64,000 bases of DNA from assembly GCA_964016885.1 (NCBI GenBank), contig OZ024740.1, positions 9,362,001 to 9,426,000 on the forward strand, written 5' to 3'. Position numbers and translations under genes: made by a program. Each line of letters opens with the position of its first letter. The stretch's first letter is position 1. Below are positions 24,196-35,900 of this stretch, piece after piece. The stretch is from Eledone cirrhosa (Eukaryota). The notes under the pieces are model-generated. The model searched no databases. It saw only the letters and a list, made by a program, of their open reading frames with translations, and had not been told where the DNA came from.

Positions 24196-24771
24196 AATAA
24201 TGATAATGAAATTATTGTGTAAAGTGCTCAGGTGCACTACAACTCGTCAATATAGTACATAGAATAATACACAAATGTCAGGGAAGTTCATGTGTGTATG
24301 TGTTAGCTGTTCTGTTGGCGGATCTCGGGAAGCATGGAGGCCTTAAAGGATGCAGTGTCTCGACAGCTGACAACTGATGCAGGTAGTTTGTTCCATGCTT
24401 CAGCAACGCTGAGCGTGAAAAAATGTTTCCGAAAGTCATGGGAACTGTGCTGTTTTCTTACTTTGTGGGCATGTCCACGTGTGTTAGACACATGGAAATC
24501 GAAAAGGTACTCAGGGTTGTTGTTGGCAACATGGTTAACAATTTTGTGGGTGTTTACCAAGTCAGTTGCCAGGCGTCGGAGCTTCAATGAATCCATGCCC
24601 AGGGAAGCAAGGCGCTCAGAGTATAGTAGATGCCTGATGGAGGGTATTCGCTTGGTTGCACGTCTCTGAACAGTTTCCAGGCGGTCAATGTCCTGAGCAA
24701 GATAGGGGTTCCAGACTGGTGATGCAAATTCTAAGTGTGGTCGCACAATAGCTGTATACAGCCTTAAATAG
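24196..24771 (-). mobile_element. 5'-truncated CR1-like LINE fragment (ORF2 C-terminus + 3' UTR)
   Basis: ORF 24303-24746 reads (LYTAI)VRPHLEFASPVWNPY..DIDRLETVQRRATK..YSERL..LRR..D..TRGH..FF...WNKLP, typical of CR1/L2-group C-termini; short TTA/TCA-rich tail at 24194-24209. Confidence 0.88.
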
Positions 24772-25334
24772 ATGTAAGTTTCGATTGGTATATCAGTTTC
24801 GATTGTTATGTCAGTTTCTATTGGTATATCAGTTTCGACTGGTATGTTATTTTCGATTGGTATGTTAGTCCTCGATTTGTATGTCAGTTTCTATTGGTAT
24901 ATCAGTTTCAATTAGTATATCAGTTACTATTTGTATGTCAGTTTCTATTGGTATATCAGTTTCAATTGGTATATCAGTTTCGATTGGTATGTCTGTTTCG
25001 ATTGGTATATCAGTTTCGATTGGTATGTCAGTTTCGATTGGTATGTAAGTTTCGATTAGTATATCAGTTTCGAATGGTATGTCAGTTTTGATTGGTATAT
25101 CAGTTTCGATTGGTATGTCAGTTTCGATTGGTATGTCAGTTTCGATTGGTATATCAGTTTCGATTAGTATGTCAGTTTCTATTGGTATATCGGTTTCCAT
25201 TGCTATATCAGTTTCGTTTGGTATTTCAGTTTCTATGGGTATATCAGTTTCTATTTGTATGTCGGTTTCAATTGGTATGTCAGTTTCTATTGGTATATCA
25301 GTTTCGATTGATATATCAATTTCGATTAGTATGT
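24772..25334. repeat. 18-bp satellite block
   Basis: Same monomer; variant order resembles ~19570-19960. Confidence 0.97.
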
Positions 25335-27219
25335 GAGGCAATTACAGGAAAAGTACCTAGCTAAAAGTAAGCCACTCTACTTGGCATTTGTCGTAATACT
25401 AGAAGGGGCCATACCAAAAGATTGGTGCAGTAGCATCATTGTCAACTGCTACAACGGTAAAGGCGATGCACTAGATAGAGGAAACTATAGAGGTATAAAG
25501 TTGATGGACCAGGTCATGAAAGTAACAGAAAGAGTTATAGCACAGCTGATTAGGGACCGGGTGAATATAGACGAGATGCAATTTGGGTTTGTACCAGGGA
25601 AAGGCACCACTGATGCCCTCTTTCTTGTGAGGCAATTACAGGAAAAGTACCTAGCTAAAAGTAAGCCACTCTACTTGGCATTTGTCGACCTTGAGAAAGC
25701 CTTTGACAGAGTTCCACGTGCAGTAATCTGGTGGGCTCTTAGAAAACTAGGAGTAGATGAATGGCTTGTGAAAGCGGTACAAGCCATGTATAGGGGAGCA
25801 GTCAGCAAAGTTAGGATTGGCAATGAGTATAGCGAGGAATTTAGCGTACAGGTTGGGGTCCACCAGGGCTCTGTTCTTAGCCCTCTCCTGTTCATCATAG
25901 TCCTGCAGGCAATAACGGAGGAGTTTAAGACCGGATGCCCATGGGAACTCCTGTATGCTGATGACCTCGCACTCATAGCTGAATCTATGGTAGAACTAGA
26001 GAATAAATTCCAAACCTGGAAGCAGGGACTAGAGAGAAAGGGCCTCAAAGTCAACATGACAAAGACTAAGGTCCTTATAAGTAGACGAGAAAACAGAACC
26101 CAGATCCCCTCAGGGAAATGGCCTTGCTCAGTATGTAGGAAAGGTGTAGGTAGGAACTCCATTCTCTGCCCCAAATGCAAACAATGGGTACACAAGAGAT
26201 GTAGCGGGATCTCAGGAAGCTTAATTAAGAATGTAGGATTCACATGCAGCAGCTGTGCTGAAACAGCAAGCAAACAGCCACAGGAAACAAGTACCACCAA
26301 TCTCTGGGAGGGCCCTGTAGAAACAGTAGACAGCTTCTGCTAACTAGGTGACCGAATTAGCAACGGAGGTGGGTGCTCAGAAAGTACAATAACTAGGGTA
26401 AGAACGGGATGGAAGAAGTTTAGGGAACTACTACCACTGCTAGCTGCAAAAGGCTTCTCCCTCAGAATGAAAGGCTGACTGTATGATGCGTGTATCCGAA
26501 CAGCGATGTTGCATGGTAGTGAGACCTGGGCGCTGAAGGTGGAAGACCTACGTAGATTAGAGAGAAACGAGGCCTGCATGCTCCGATGGATGAGTAACAG
26601 TAATATACGTGAACGACAAAGCATAAAGGAATTGAGAGAGAGACTGAGCATAAGAGGAATCAAATGCTGCGTGCAGGAGAGGCGGTTACGCTGGTATGGA
26701 CATGTGATGCGTATGAAGGATGACAGCTGCATAAAAAGGTGCAGAGCACTAGAAGTTGATGGAAACCGCGGAGTGGGGAGACCCAAGATGACTTGGGATG
26801 AGGTGATAAAAGCCGACCTTACCCAACTACACCTCTCAAAGACAATGACACACGACCGTGACTTCTGGCGTCACGCAGTAATACAGGGTACCCGACCTCC
26901 CATGGGTACATGCTGAAGCATATAAACAATATGCCCCCACTCCCCCCACCGCAAGGTGGTCGTGGAGGTGCCACGGCAAATAAGCACCCAGCCCACACTG
27001 TAAAGTGGACGTGTAGGCGCCACGAAAAAGCACCCAGCACTCACTGTAAATGAGGTTGGTGTTAGGAAGGGCATCCAGCTGTAGAAATCAAGCCAGATCA
27101 GTTCCTGTATGAGCAAGGCATGGTCAGCCGACCAGACACTGCCCACAACAGGACAACCCGTCTAACCCATGCTAGCGTGGAAGAACGGACGTAAAACGGT
27201 GATGATGATGATGATGATG
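25332..27219 (+). mobile_element. RTE-like family B, copy 1 (5'-truncated, with a 62-bp duplicated internal piece at its 5' end)
   Basis: RT motifs as in family A but diverged in sequence; distinct 3' UTR; (TGA)n tail at 27200-27219. Confidence 0.93.
25333..26916 (+). pseudogene. Truncated, disrupted RT ORF of family B copy 1
   Basis: Stops at 26341 (TAC>TAA) and ~26476 (AGA>TGA) relative to copy 2 of family B; no endonuclease domain. Confidence 0.9.
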
Positions 27220-30003
27220 TCAGTTTCGATTGGTATGTCAGTTTCGATTGGTATATCAGTTTCGATTAGTATGTCAGTTTCTATTGGTATATCGGTTACC
27301 ATTGGTATATCAGTTTCTATTGGTATATCAGTTTCCATTGGTACATCAGTTTCGATTGGTATGTCAGTTTCTATGGGTATATCAGTTTCTATTTATATGT
27401 CAGTTTCGATTGGTATGTCAGTTTCGATTGGTATATCATTTTCGATTGGTATGTTAGTTTCGATTAGTATATCAGTTTCTATTGGTATGTCAGTTTCTAT
27501 TGGTATATCAATTTCGATTGGTATGTCAGTTTCGATTTGTATATCAGTTTTGATTCGTATGTCAGTTTCGATTGGTATGTCAGTTTCTATTGGTATGTCA
27601 GTTTTGATTGGTATGTCAGTTTCTATTGGTATATCAGTTTCGATTGGTATATCAGTTTCTATTGGTATATCAGTTTCGATTGGTATATCAGTTTCGACAG
27701 GTATGTAAATTTCGATTGGTATGTCAGTTTCGATTGGTATATCAGTTTCGAATGTTATGTCAGTTTTGATTGGTATATCAGTTTCGATTGGTATGTCAGT
27801 TTCGATTGGTATGTCAGTTTCGATTGGTATATCAGTATCGATTAGTATGTCATTTTCTATTGGTATATCGGTTTCCATTGGTATATCAGTTTCTATTTGT
27901 ATATCAGTTTTGATTGGTATGTTGGTTTTGATTGGTATGTCAGTTTCGATTTGTATATCAGTTTCTATTGGTATGTCAGTTTCGACTGGTATGTTAGTCC
28001 TCGATTTGTATGTCAGTTTCTATTGGTATATCAATTTCAATTGGTATGTCAGTTTCTATTGGTATGTCAGTTTCGAATGGTATGTCAGTTTTGATTGGTA
28101 TATCAGTTTCGATTGGTATGTCAGTTTCGATTGGTATGTCAGTTTCGATTGGTATATCAGTTTCGATTAGTATGTCAGTTTCTCTTGGTATATCAGTTTT
28201 GATTGGTATATCAGTTTCGATTGGTATGTCAGTTTCTATTGGTATGTTAGTGCTCAATTTGCATGTCAGTTTCTATTGGTATATCAATTTCGATTGGTAT
28301 GTCAGTTTCTATTGGTATGTCAGTTTCTATTGGTATATCAATTTCGATTGGTATGTCAGTTTCAATTTGTATATCAGTTTTGATTCGTATGTTAGTTTCG
28401 ATTGGTATGTCAGTTCAATTGGTATATCAGTTTTCATGTGTATGTCAGTTTCGATTGGTATATCAGTTTCGATTAGTATGTCAGTTTCTATTGGTATATC
28501 GGTTTCCATTGCTATATCAGTTTTGATCGGTATGTCAGTTTCGATTAGTATATCAGTTTCTATTGGTATGTCAGTTTCTATTGGTATATCGGTTTCCATT
28601 GGTATATCAGTTTCTATTTGTATATCAGTTTTGATTGGTATGTTAGTTTTGATTTGTATGTCAGTTTCGATTTGTATATCAGTTTCTATTGGTATGTCAG
28701 TTTCGACTGGTATGTTAGTCCTCGATTTGTATGTCAGTTTCTATTCGTATCTCAATTTCGATTGGCATGTCAGTTTCTATTGGTATGTCAGTTTCTATTG
28801 GTATATCAGTTTCGATTGGTATGTTAGTTTCGATTAGTATATCAGTTTCTATTGGTATGTAAGTTTCTATTGGTATATCAATTTCGATTGGTATGTCAGT
28901 TTCTATTGGTATATCGGTTTCCATTGGTATATCAGTTTTGATTGGTATATCAGTTTCTATTGGTATATCAGTTTCTATTGGTACGTCAGTTTTGATTGGT
29001 ATGTCAGTTTCTATTGGTATATCAGTTCCTATTGATATATCAGTTTCGATTGGTATGTCAGTTTCGATTAGTATATCAGTTTCTATTAGTATGTCAGTTT
29101 CTATTGATATGTCAGTTTCAATTGGTATATCAGTTTCGATGTGTATGTCAGTTTCTATTGGTATATTAGTATCGACTGGTATGTCTGTTTCGATTAGTAT
29201 ATCAGTTTCTATTTGTATGTCAGTTTCTATTGGTATATCAGTTTTGATAGGTATATCAGTTTCTATTGGTATGTCAGTTTCTATTGGTATGTCAGTTTCA
29301 ATTGGTATATCAGTTTTGATCCGTATGTCAGTTTCGATTGTTATGTCAGTTTCTATTGGTATATCAGTATTGATTTGTATGTCAGTTTCGATTAGTATAT
29401 CAGTTTCTATTTGTATGTCAGTTTCTATTGGTATATCAATTTCGATTGGTATATCAGTTTCTATTGGTATGTCAGTTTCAATTGGTGTCAGTTTCTATTG
29501 GTATATCAGTTTCTATTGGTATGTCAGTTTGTATTGGCATGTCAGTTTCAATTGGTATATCAGTTTCGATTCGTATGTCAGTTTCGATTGTTATGTCAGT
29601 TTATATTGGTATATCAGTATCGATTGGTATGTCCGTTTCGAATGGTATATCAATTTCTATTTGTATGTCAGTTTCTATTCGTATATCAGTTTCGACGTGT
29701 ATTCAATTGGTATATCGGTTTAGATTGGTATGTCAGTTTCGATTGGTATGTTAGTTTCGATTAGTATATCATTTCTATTTGTATGTTAGTTTCTATTGGT
29801 ATATCAGTTTCGATTGGTATATCAGTTTCGACTGGTATGTCAATTTTGATTGGTATGTCAGTTTCAATTGGTATATCGGTTTCGATTGGTATGTCAGTTT
29901 CGATTGGTATATCAGTTTCGATTAGTATATCAGTTTCGAATGGTATGTCAGTTTTGATTGGTATGTCAGTTTCGATTGGTATGTCAGTTTCGATTGGTAT
30001 ATC
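27217..30003. repeat. 18-bp satellite block
   Basis: Same monomer. Confidence 0.98.
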
Positions 30004-31837
30004 TAGGTAATACTAGAAGGGGCCAAACCAAAAGATTGGTGCAGTAGAATCATTGTCAACTACTACAAAGATAAAGGCGATGCACTAGATAGAGGAAACT
30101 ATAGAGGTATAAAGTTGATGGACCAGGTCATGAAAGTAACAGAAAGAGTTATAGCACAGCTGATTAGGGACTGGGTGAATATAGACGAGATGCAATTTGG
30201 GTTTGTACCAGGGAGAGGCACCACTGATGCCCTCTTCCTTGTGAGGCAATTACAGGAAAAGTACCTAGCTAAAAGTAAGCCACTCTACTTGGCATTTGTC
30301 GACCTTGAGAAAGCCTTTGACAGAGTTCCACGTGCAGTAATCTGGTGGGCTCTTAGAAAACTAGGAGTAGATGAATGGCTTGTGAAAGCGGTACAAGCCA
30401 TGTATAGGGGAGCAGTCAGCAAAGTTAGGATTAGCAATGAGTATAGCAAGGAATTTAGCGTACAGGTTGGGGTCCACCAGGGCTCTGTTCTTAGCCCTCT
30501 CCTGTTCATCATAGTCCTGCAGGCAATAACGGAGGAGTTTAAGACCGGATGCCCATGGGAACTACTGTATGCTGATGACCTCGCACTCATAGCTGAATCT
30601 ATGGTAGAACTAGAGAATAAATTCCAAACCTGGAAGCAGGGACTAGAGAGAAAGGGCCTCAAAGTCAACGTGACAAAGACTAAGGTCCTTGTAAGTAGAC
30701 GAGAAATCAGAACCCAGATCCCCTCAGGGAAATGGCCTTGCTCAGTATGTAGGAAAGGTGTAGGTAGGAACTCCATTCTCTGCCCCAAATGCAAACAATG
30801 GGTACACAAGAGATGTAGCGTGATCTCAGGAAGCTTAATTAAGAATGTAGGATTCACATGCAGCAGCTGTGCTGAAACAGCAAGCAAACAGCCACAGGAA
30901 ACAAGTACCACCAATCTCTGGGAGGGCCCTGTAGAAACAGTAGACAGCTTCTGCTACCTAGGTGACCGAATTAGCAACGGAGGTGGGTGCTCAGAAAGTA
31001 CAATAACTAGGGTAAGAACGGGATGGAAGAAGTTTAGGGAACTACTACCACTGCTAGTTGCAAAAGGCTTCTCCTTCAGAATGAAAGGCAGACTGTATGA
31101 TGCGTGTATCCGGACAGCGATGTTGCATGGTAGTGAGACCTGGGCGCTGAAGGTGGAAGACTTACGTAGATTAGAGAGAAACGAAGCCTGCATGCTCCGA
31201 TGGATGTGTAACAGTAATATACGTGAAGGACAAAGCATAAAGGAATTGAGAGAGAGACGGAGCATAAGAGGAATCAAATGCTGCGTGCAGGAGAGGCGGT
31301 TACGCTGGTATGGACATGTGATGCGTATGAAGGATGACAGCTGCATAAAAAGGTGCAGAGCACTAGAAGTTGATGGAAACCGCGGAGTGGGGAGACCCAA
31401 GATGACTTGGGATGAGGTGATAAAAGCCGACCTTACCCAACTACACCTCTCAAAGACAATGACACACGACCGTGACTTCTGGCGTCATGCAGTAATACAG
31501 GGTACCCGACCACCCATGGGTACATGCTGAAGCATATAAACAATATGCCCCACTCCCCCCACCGCAAGGTGGTCGTGGAGGTGCCACGGCAAAAAAATCA
31601 CCCAGCCCACACTGTTAAGTGGACGTGTAGGCGCCACGAAAAAGCACCCAGCACTCACTGTAAATGAGGTTGGTGTTAGGAAGGGCATCCAGCTGTAGAA
31701 ATCAAGCCAGATCAGTTCCTGTATGAGCAAGGCATGGTCAGCCGACAGAACACTGCCCACAACAGGACAACCCGTCTAACCCATGCTAGCGTGAAAGAAC
31801 GGACGTAAAACGGTGATGATGATGATGATGATGATGA
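30004..31837 (+). mobile_element. RTE-like family B, copy 2 (5'-truncated)
   Basis: Nearly identical to 25394-27219; (TGA)8 tail at 31814-31837. Confidence 0.93.
30115..31530 (+). pseudogene. 5'-truncated but open RT + PHD-type finger + C-terminal ORF (471 aa)
   Basis: QFGF, FVDLEKAFDRV, GVHQGSVLSP, YADD, CSVC..CPKC..HKRC..CSSC, FCYLG, RRLRWYGHV; lacks APE and a promoter. Confidence 0.88.
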
Positions 31838-32750
31838 CAGTTTCTATTGGTATATCAGTTTCTATTGGTATGTCAGTTTTGATTGGTATGTCAGTTTCTA
31901 TTGGTATATCAGATTCTATTGGTATATCAGTTTCGATTGGTATATCAGTTTCTATTGGTATATCAGTTTCTATTAGTATATCAGTTTCTATTGGTATGTC
32001 AGTTTCTATTGGTATATCAATTTCGATTGGTATGTCAGTTTCGATTGGTATATCAGCTTCGATTTGTATGTCAGTTTCGATAGTTATGTCAGTTTCTATT
32101 GGTATATCAGTTTTGATTGATATATCAGTTTCGATTCGTATGTCAGTTTCGATTGGTATGTCAGTTTCGATTAGTATATCAGTTTCTATTGGTATGTCAG
32201 TTTCTATTCGTATGTCAGTTTCGATTGTTATATCAGTTTCTATTGGTATATCAGTTTCGTTTGATATATCAGTTTCGATTAGTATGTCACTTTCTATTGG
32301 TATGTCAGTTACGATTAGTATATCAGTTTGTATTGGTGTGTCAGTTTCGATTGGTATGTCAGTTTCTATCGGTATATCAGTTTCCATTTGTATATCAGTT
32401 TCGATTGGTATGTCCGTTTCGAATGGTATGTCAGTTTCGATTGGTTTATCATATTCGATTATTATGTCAAATTCTATTGGTATATCAGTTTCGATTGGTA
32501 TGTCAGTTTCGATTGATATATCAGTTTCGATTGGTATGTCAGTTTCGATTGGTATGTCAGTTTCTATTGGTATATCAGTTTCGATTGGTATGTCAGTTTC
32601 GATTAGTATATCAGTTTCTATTGGTATGTCAGTTTCTATTGATATATCAATTTCGATTTGTATATCAGTTTCGATTGTCATGTCAGTTTCTAATGGTACA
32701 TCAGTTTCGAATGGTATGTTAGTTTCTATTGGTACGTCAGTTTCGATTAG
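31838..32750. repeat. 18-bp satellite block
   Basis: Same monomer. Confidence 0.98.
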
Positions 32751-32949
32751 GCAACACGGTAAAAACCTCCCAGACCCACACTGTAAATGTGGTTGGTGTT
32801 AGGAAGGGCATCCAACTATAGAAAACATGCCAGACGGTCCTATGCGAGCAAGACAATCACTCTTGCCTCAAGTGGGACTACCCCCGTCCAAACCCATGCA
32901 AGCGTGGAACACGGACGTTAAACATTGATGATGATGATGATGATGATGA
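32748..32949 (+). mobile_element. 200-bp 3'-terminal stub of RTE-like family A
   Basis: Matches 23888-24088 (taggcaacacgg...acggacgttaaac) and ends in (TGA)8 at 32926-32949. Confidence 0.93.
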
Positions 32950-35900
32950 CAGTTTCGATTGTTATGTCAGTTTCTATTGGTATATCAGTTTCGTTTGATA
33001 TATCAGTTTCGATTAGTATGTCACTTGCTATTGGTATGTCAGTTATGATTAGTATGTCAGTTTGTATTGGTGTGTCAGTTTCGATTGGTATGTCAGTTTC
33101 TATTGGTATATGAGTTTCGATTGGTATATCAGTTTCGATTGGTATATCAGTTTCGATTGGTATGTCAGTTTCTATTGGTATGTCAGTTTCTATTGGTATG
33201 TCAGTTTCAATTGGTATATCAGTTTCGATTGGTATGTCAGTTTTATTGGTATGTCAATTTCGATTCGTATTTCAGTTACAGTTGGTATGTAGGTTTCGAT
33301 TGGTATGTCAGTTTCTATTGGTATGTCAGTTTCGATTAGTATATCAGTTTCTATTGGTATGTCAGTTTCAATTGGTATGTCAGTTTCTATTGGTATATCA
33401 GTTTCTATTGGTATGTCAGTTTCTATTGGTATGACAGTTTCAATTGGTATATCAGTTTCGATTCGTATGTCAGTTTCGATTGTTATGTCAGTTTCTTTTG
33501 GTATATCACTATCGATTGGTATGTCAGTTTCGATTAGTATATCAATTTCTAATTGTATGTCAGTTTCTATTGGTATATCGGTTTCGATTGGTATGTCAGT
33601 TTCTATTGGTATGTCAGTTTCGATTTGTATATCAGTTTCTATTGGTATGTCAGATTTGATTGGTATGTTAGTCCTCGATTTGTATGTCAGTTTCTATTGG
33701 TATATCAATTTCGATTCGTATGTCAGTTTCTATTGGTATATCAGTTTCGATTAGTATATCAGTTTCTATTGGTATGTCAGTTTCTATTGGTATATCAATT
33801 TCGATTTGTATGTCAGTTTCGATTGGTATATCAGTTTCGATTAGTATGTCAGTTTCTATTGGTATATCGGTTTCCATTGGTATATCAGTTTCGATTGGTA
33901 TGTCAGTTTCTATTGGTATATCAGTTTCGAATGGTATGTCAGTTTTGATTGGTATATCAGTTTCAATTGGTATGTCAGTTTCTATGGGTATATCAGTTTT
34001 GATTGGTATGTTAGTTTCGACTGGTATGTTAGTTTCGATTTGTATATCAGTTTCCATTGGTATGTCAGTTTCGATTGGTATGTCAGTTTCGATTGGTATG
34101 TCAGTTTCTATTGGTATATCAGTTTCGAATGGTATGTCAGTTTTGGTTGGTATATCAGTTTCAATTGGTATGTCAGTTTCTATGGGTATATCAGTTTTGA
34201 TTGGTATGTTAGTTTCTATTGGTATGTCAGTTTCGATTTGTATATCAGTTTCTATTGGTATGTCAGTTTCGATTGGTATGTCAGTTTCGATTGGTATGTC
34301 AGTTTCGATTGGTATGTCAGTTTCTATTGGTATATCAGTTTCCATTGGTATATCAGTTTCGATTGGTATGTCAGTTTCTATTGGTATATCAGTTTCTATC
34401 GGTATGTCAGTTTCTAATGGTATGTCAGTTTCTATTGGTATATCAGTTTCGATTGGTATGTCAGTTTCTATTGGTATGTCAGTTTCCATTGGTATATCAG
34501 TTTCGATTGGTATGTCAGTTTCTATTGGTATGTCAGTTTCTATTGGTATATCAATTTCGATTGGTATATCAGTTTCTATTGGTATATCAGTTTAGATTGG
34601 TGTATCTGTTTCTATTGGTATGTCAGTTTCGATTGGTATGTCAGTTTCGATTGGTATGTCAGTTTCGATTGTTATGTCAGTTTCTAATGGAACATCAGTT
34701 TCGAATGGTATGTTAGTTTCTATTGGTATGTCGGTTTCGATTAGTATATCAGTTTCTATTGGTATATCAGTTTCGATTGGTATGTTAGTCCTCGATTTGT
34801 ATGTCAGTTTCTATTGGTATATCAGTTTCGATTGGTATGTCAGTTTCGATTGGTATGTCAGTTTCTATTGGTATATCAGTTTCGATTAGTATGTCAGTTT
34901 CGATTAGTATATCAGTTTCGATTTTTGTTTCAGTTTCGATTGGTATGTCAGTTTCGATTAGTATGTCAGTTTCTATGCGTATATCAGTTTCTATTGGTAT
35001 GTCAGTTTTGATTGGTATGTCAGTTTCTATTGGTATATCAGTTTCTATTGGTATATCAATTTCGATTGGTATGTCAGTTTCGATTGGTGTATCAGCTTCG
35101 ATTCGTATGTCAGTTTCGATTGTTATGTCAGTTTCTATTGGTATAACAGTTTTGATTGGTATATCAGTTTTGATTGGTATGTCAGTTTCGATTGGTATGT
35201 CAGTTACGATTGGTATATCAGCTTCGATTCGTATGTCAGTTTCGATTGTTATGTCAGTTTCTATTGGTATATCAGTTTCGATTGGTATGTCAGTTTCGAT
35301 TGTTATGTCAGTTTCTATTGGTATATCAGTTTCTTTGATATATCAGTTTCGATTAGTATGTCACTTTCTATTGGTATGTCAGTTACGATTAGTATATCAG
35401 TTTGTATTGGTGTGTCAGTTTCGATTCGTATGTCAGTTTCTATTGGTATATGAGTTTGGATTGGTATATGAGTTTTGATTAGTATATCAGTTTCGATTGG
35501 TATGAAGGTTTCTATTGGTATGTCAATTTTGATTAGTATATCAGTTTCTATTGGTATGTCAGTTTCAATTGTTATGTCAGTTTCTATTGGTATATCAGTT
35601 TCTATTGGTATGTCAGTTTCTATTGGTATGTTAGTTTCAATTAGTATATAAGTTTCGATTCGTATGTCAGTTTCGAGTGTTATGTCAGTTTCTGTTGGTA
35701 TATCAGGATCGATTGGTATGTCAGTTTCGATTAGTATATCAATTTCTATGTGTATGTCAGTTTGTATTGGTATATCAGTTTCGATTAGTATATCAATTTC
35801 TATGTGTATGTCAGTTTGTATTGGTATATCAGTTTCGATTGGTATATTAGTTTCGACTGGTATGTCAATTTTGATTGGTATGTCAGTTTCAATTGGTATA

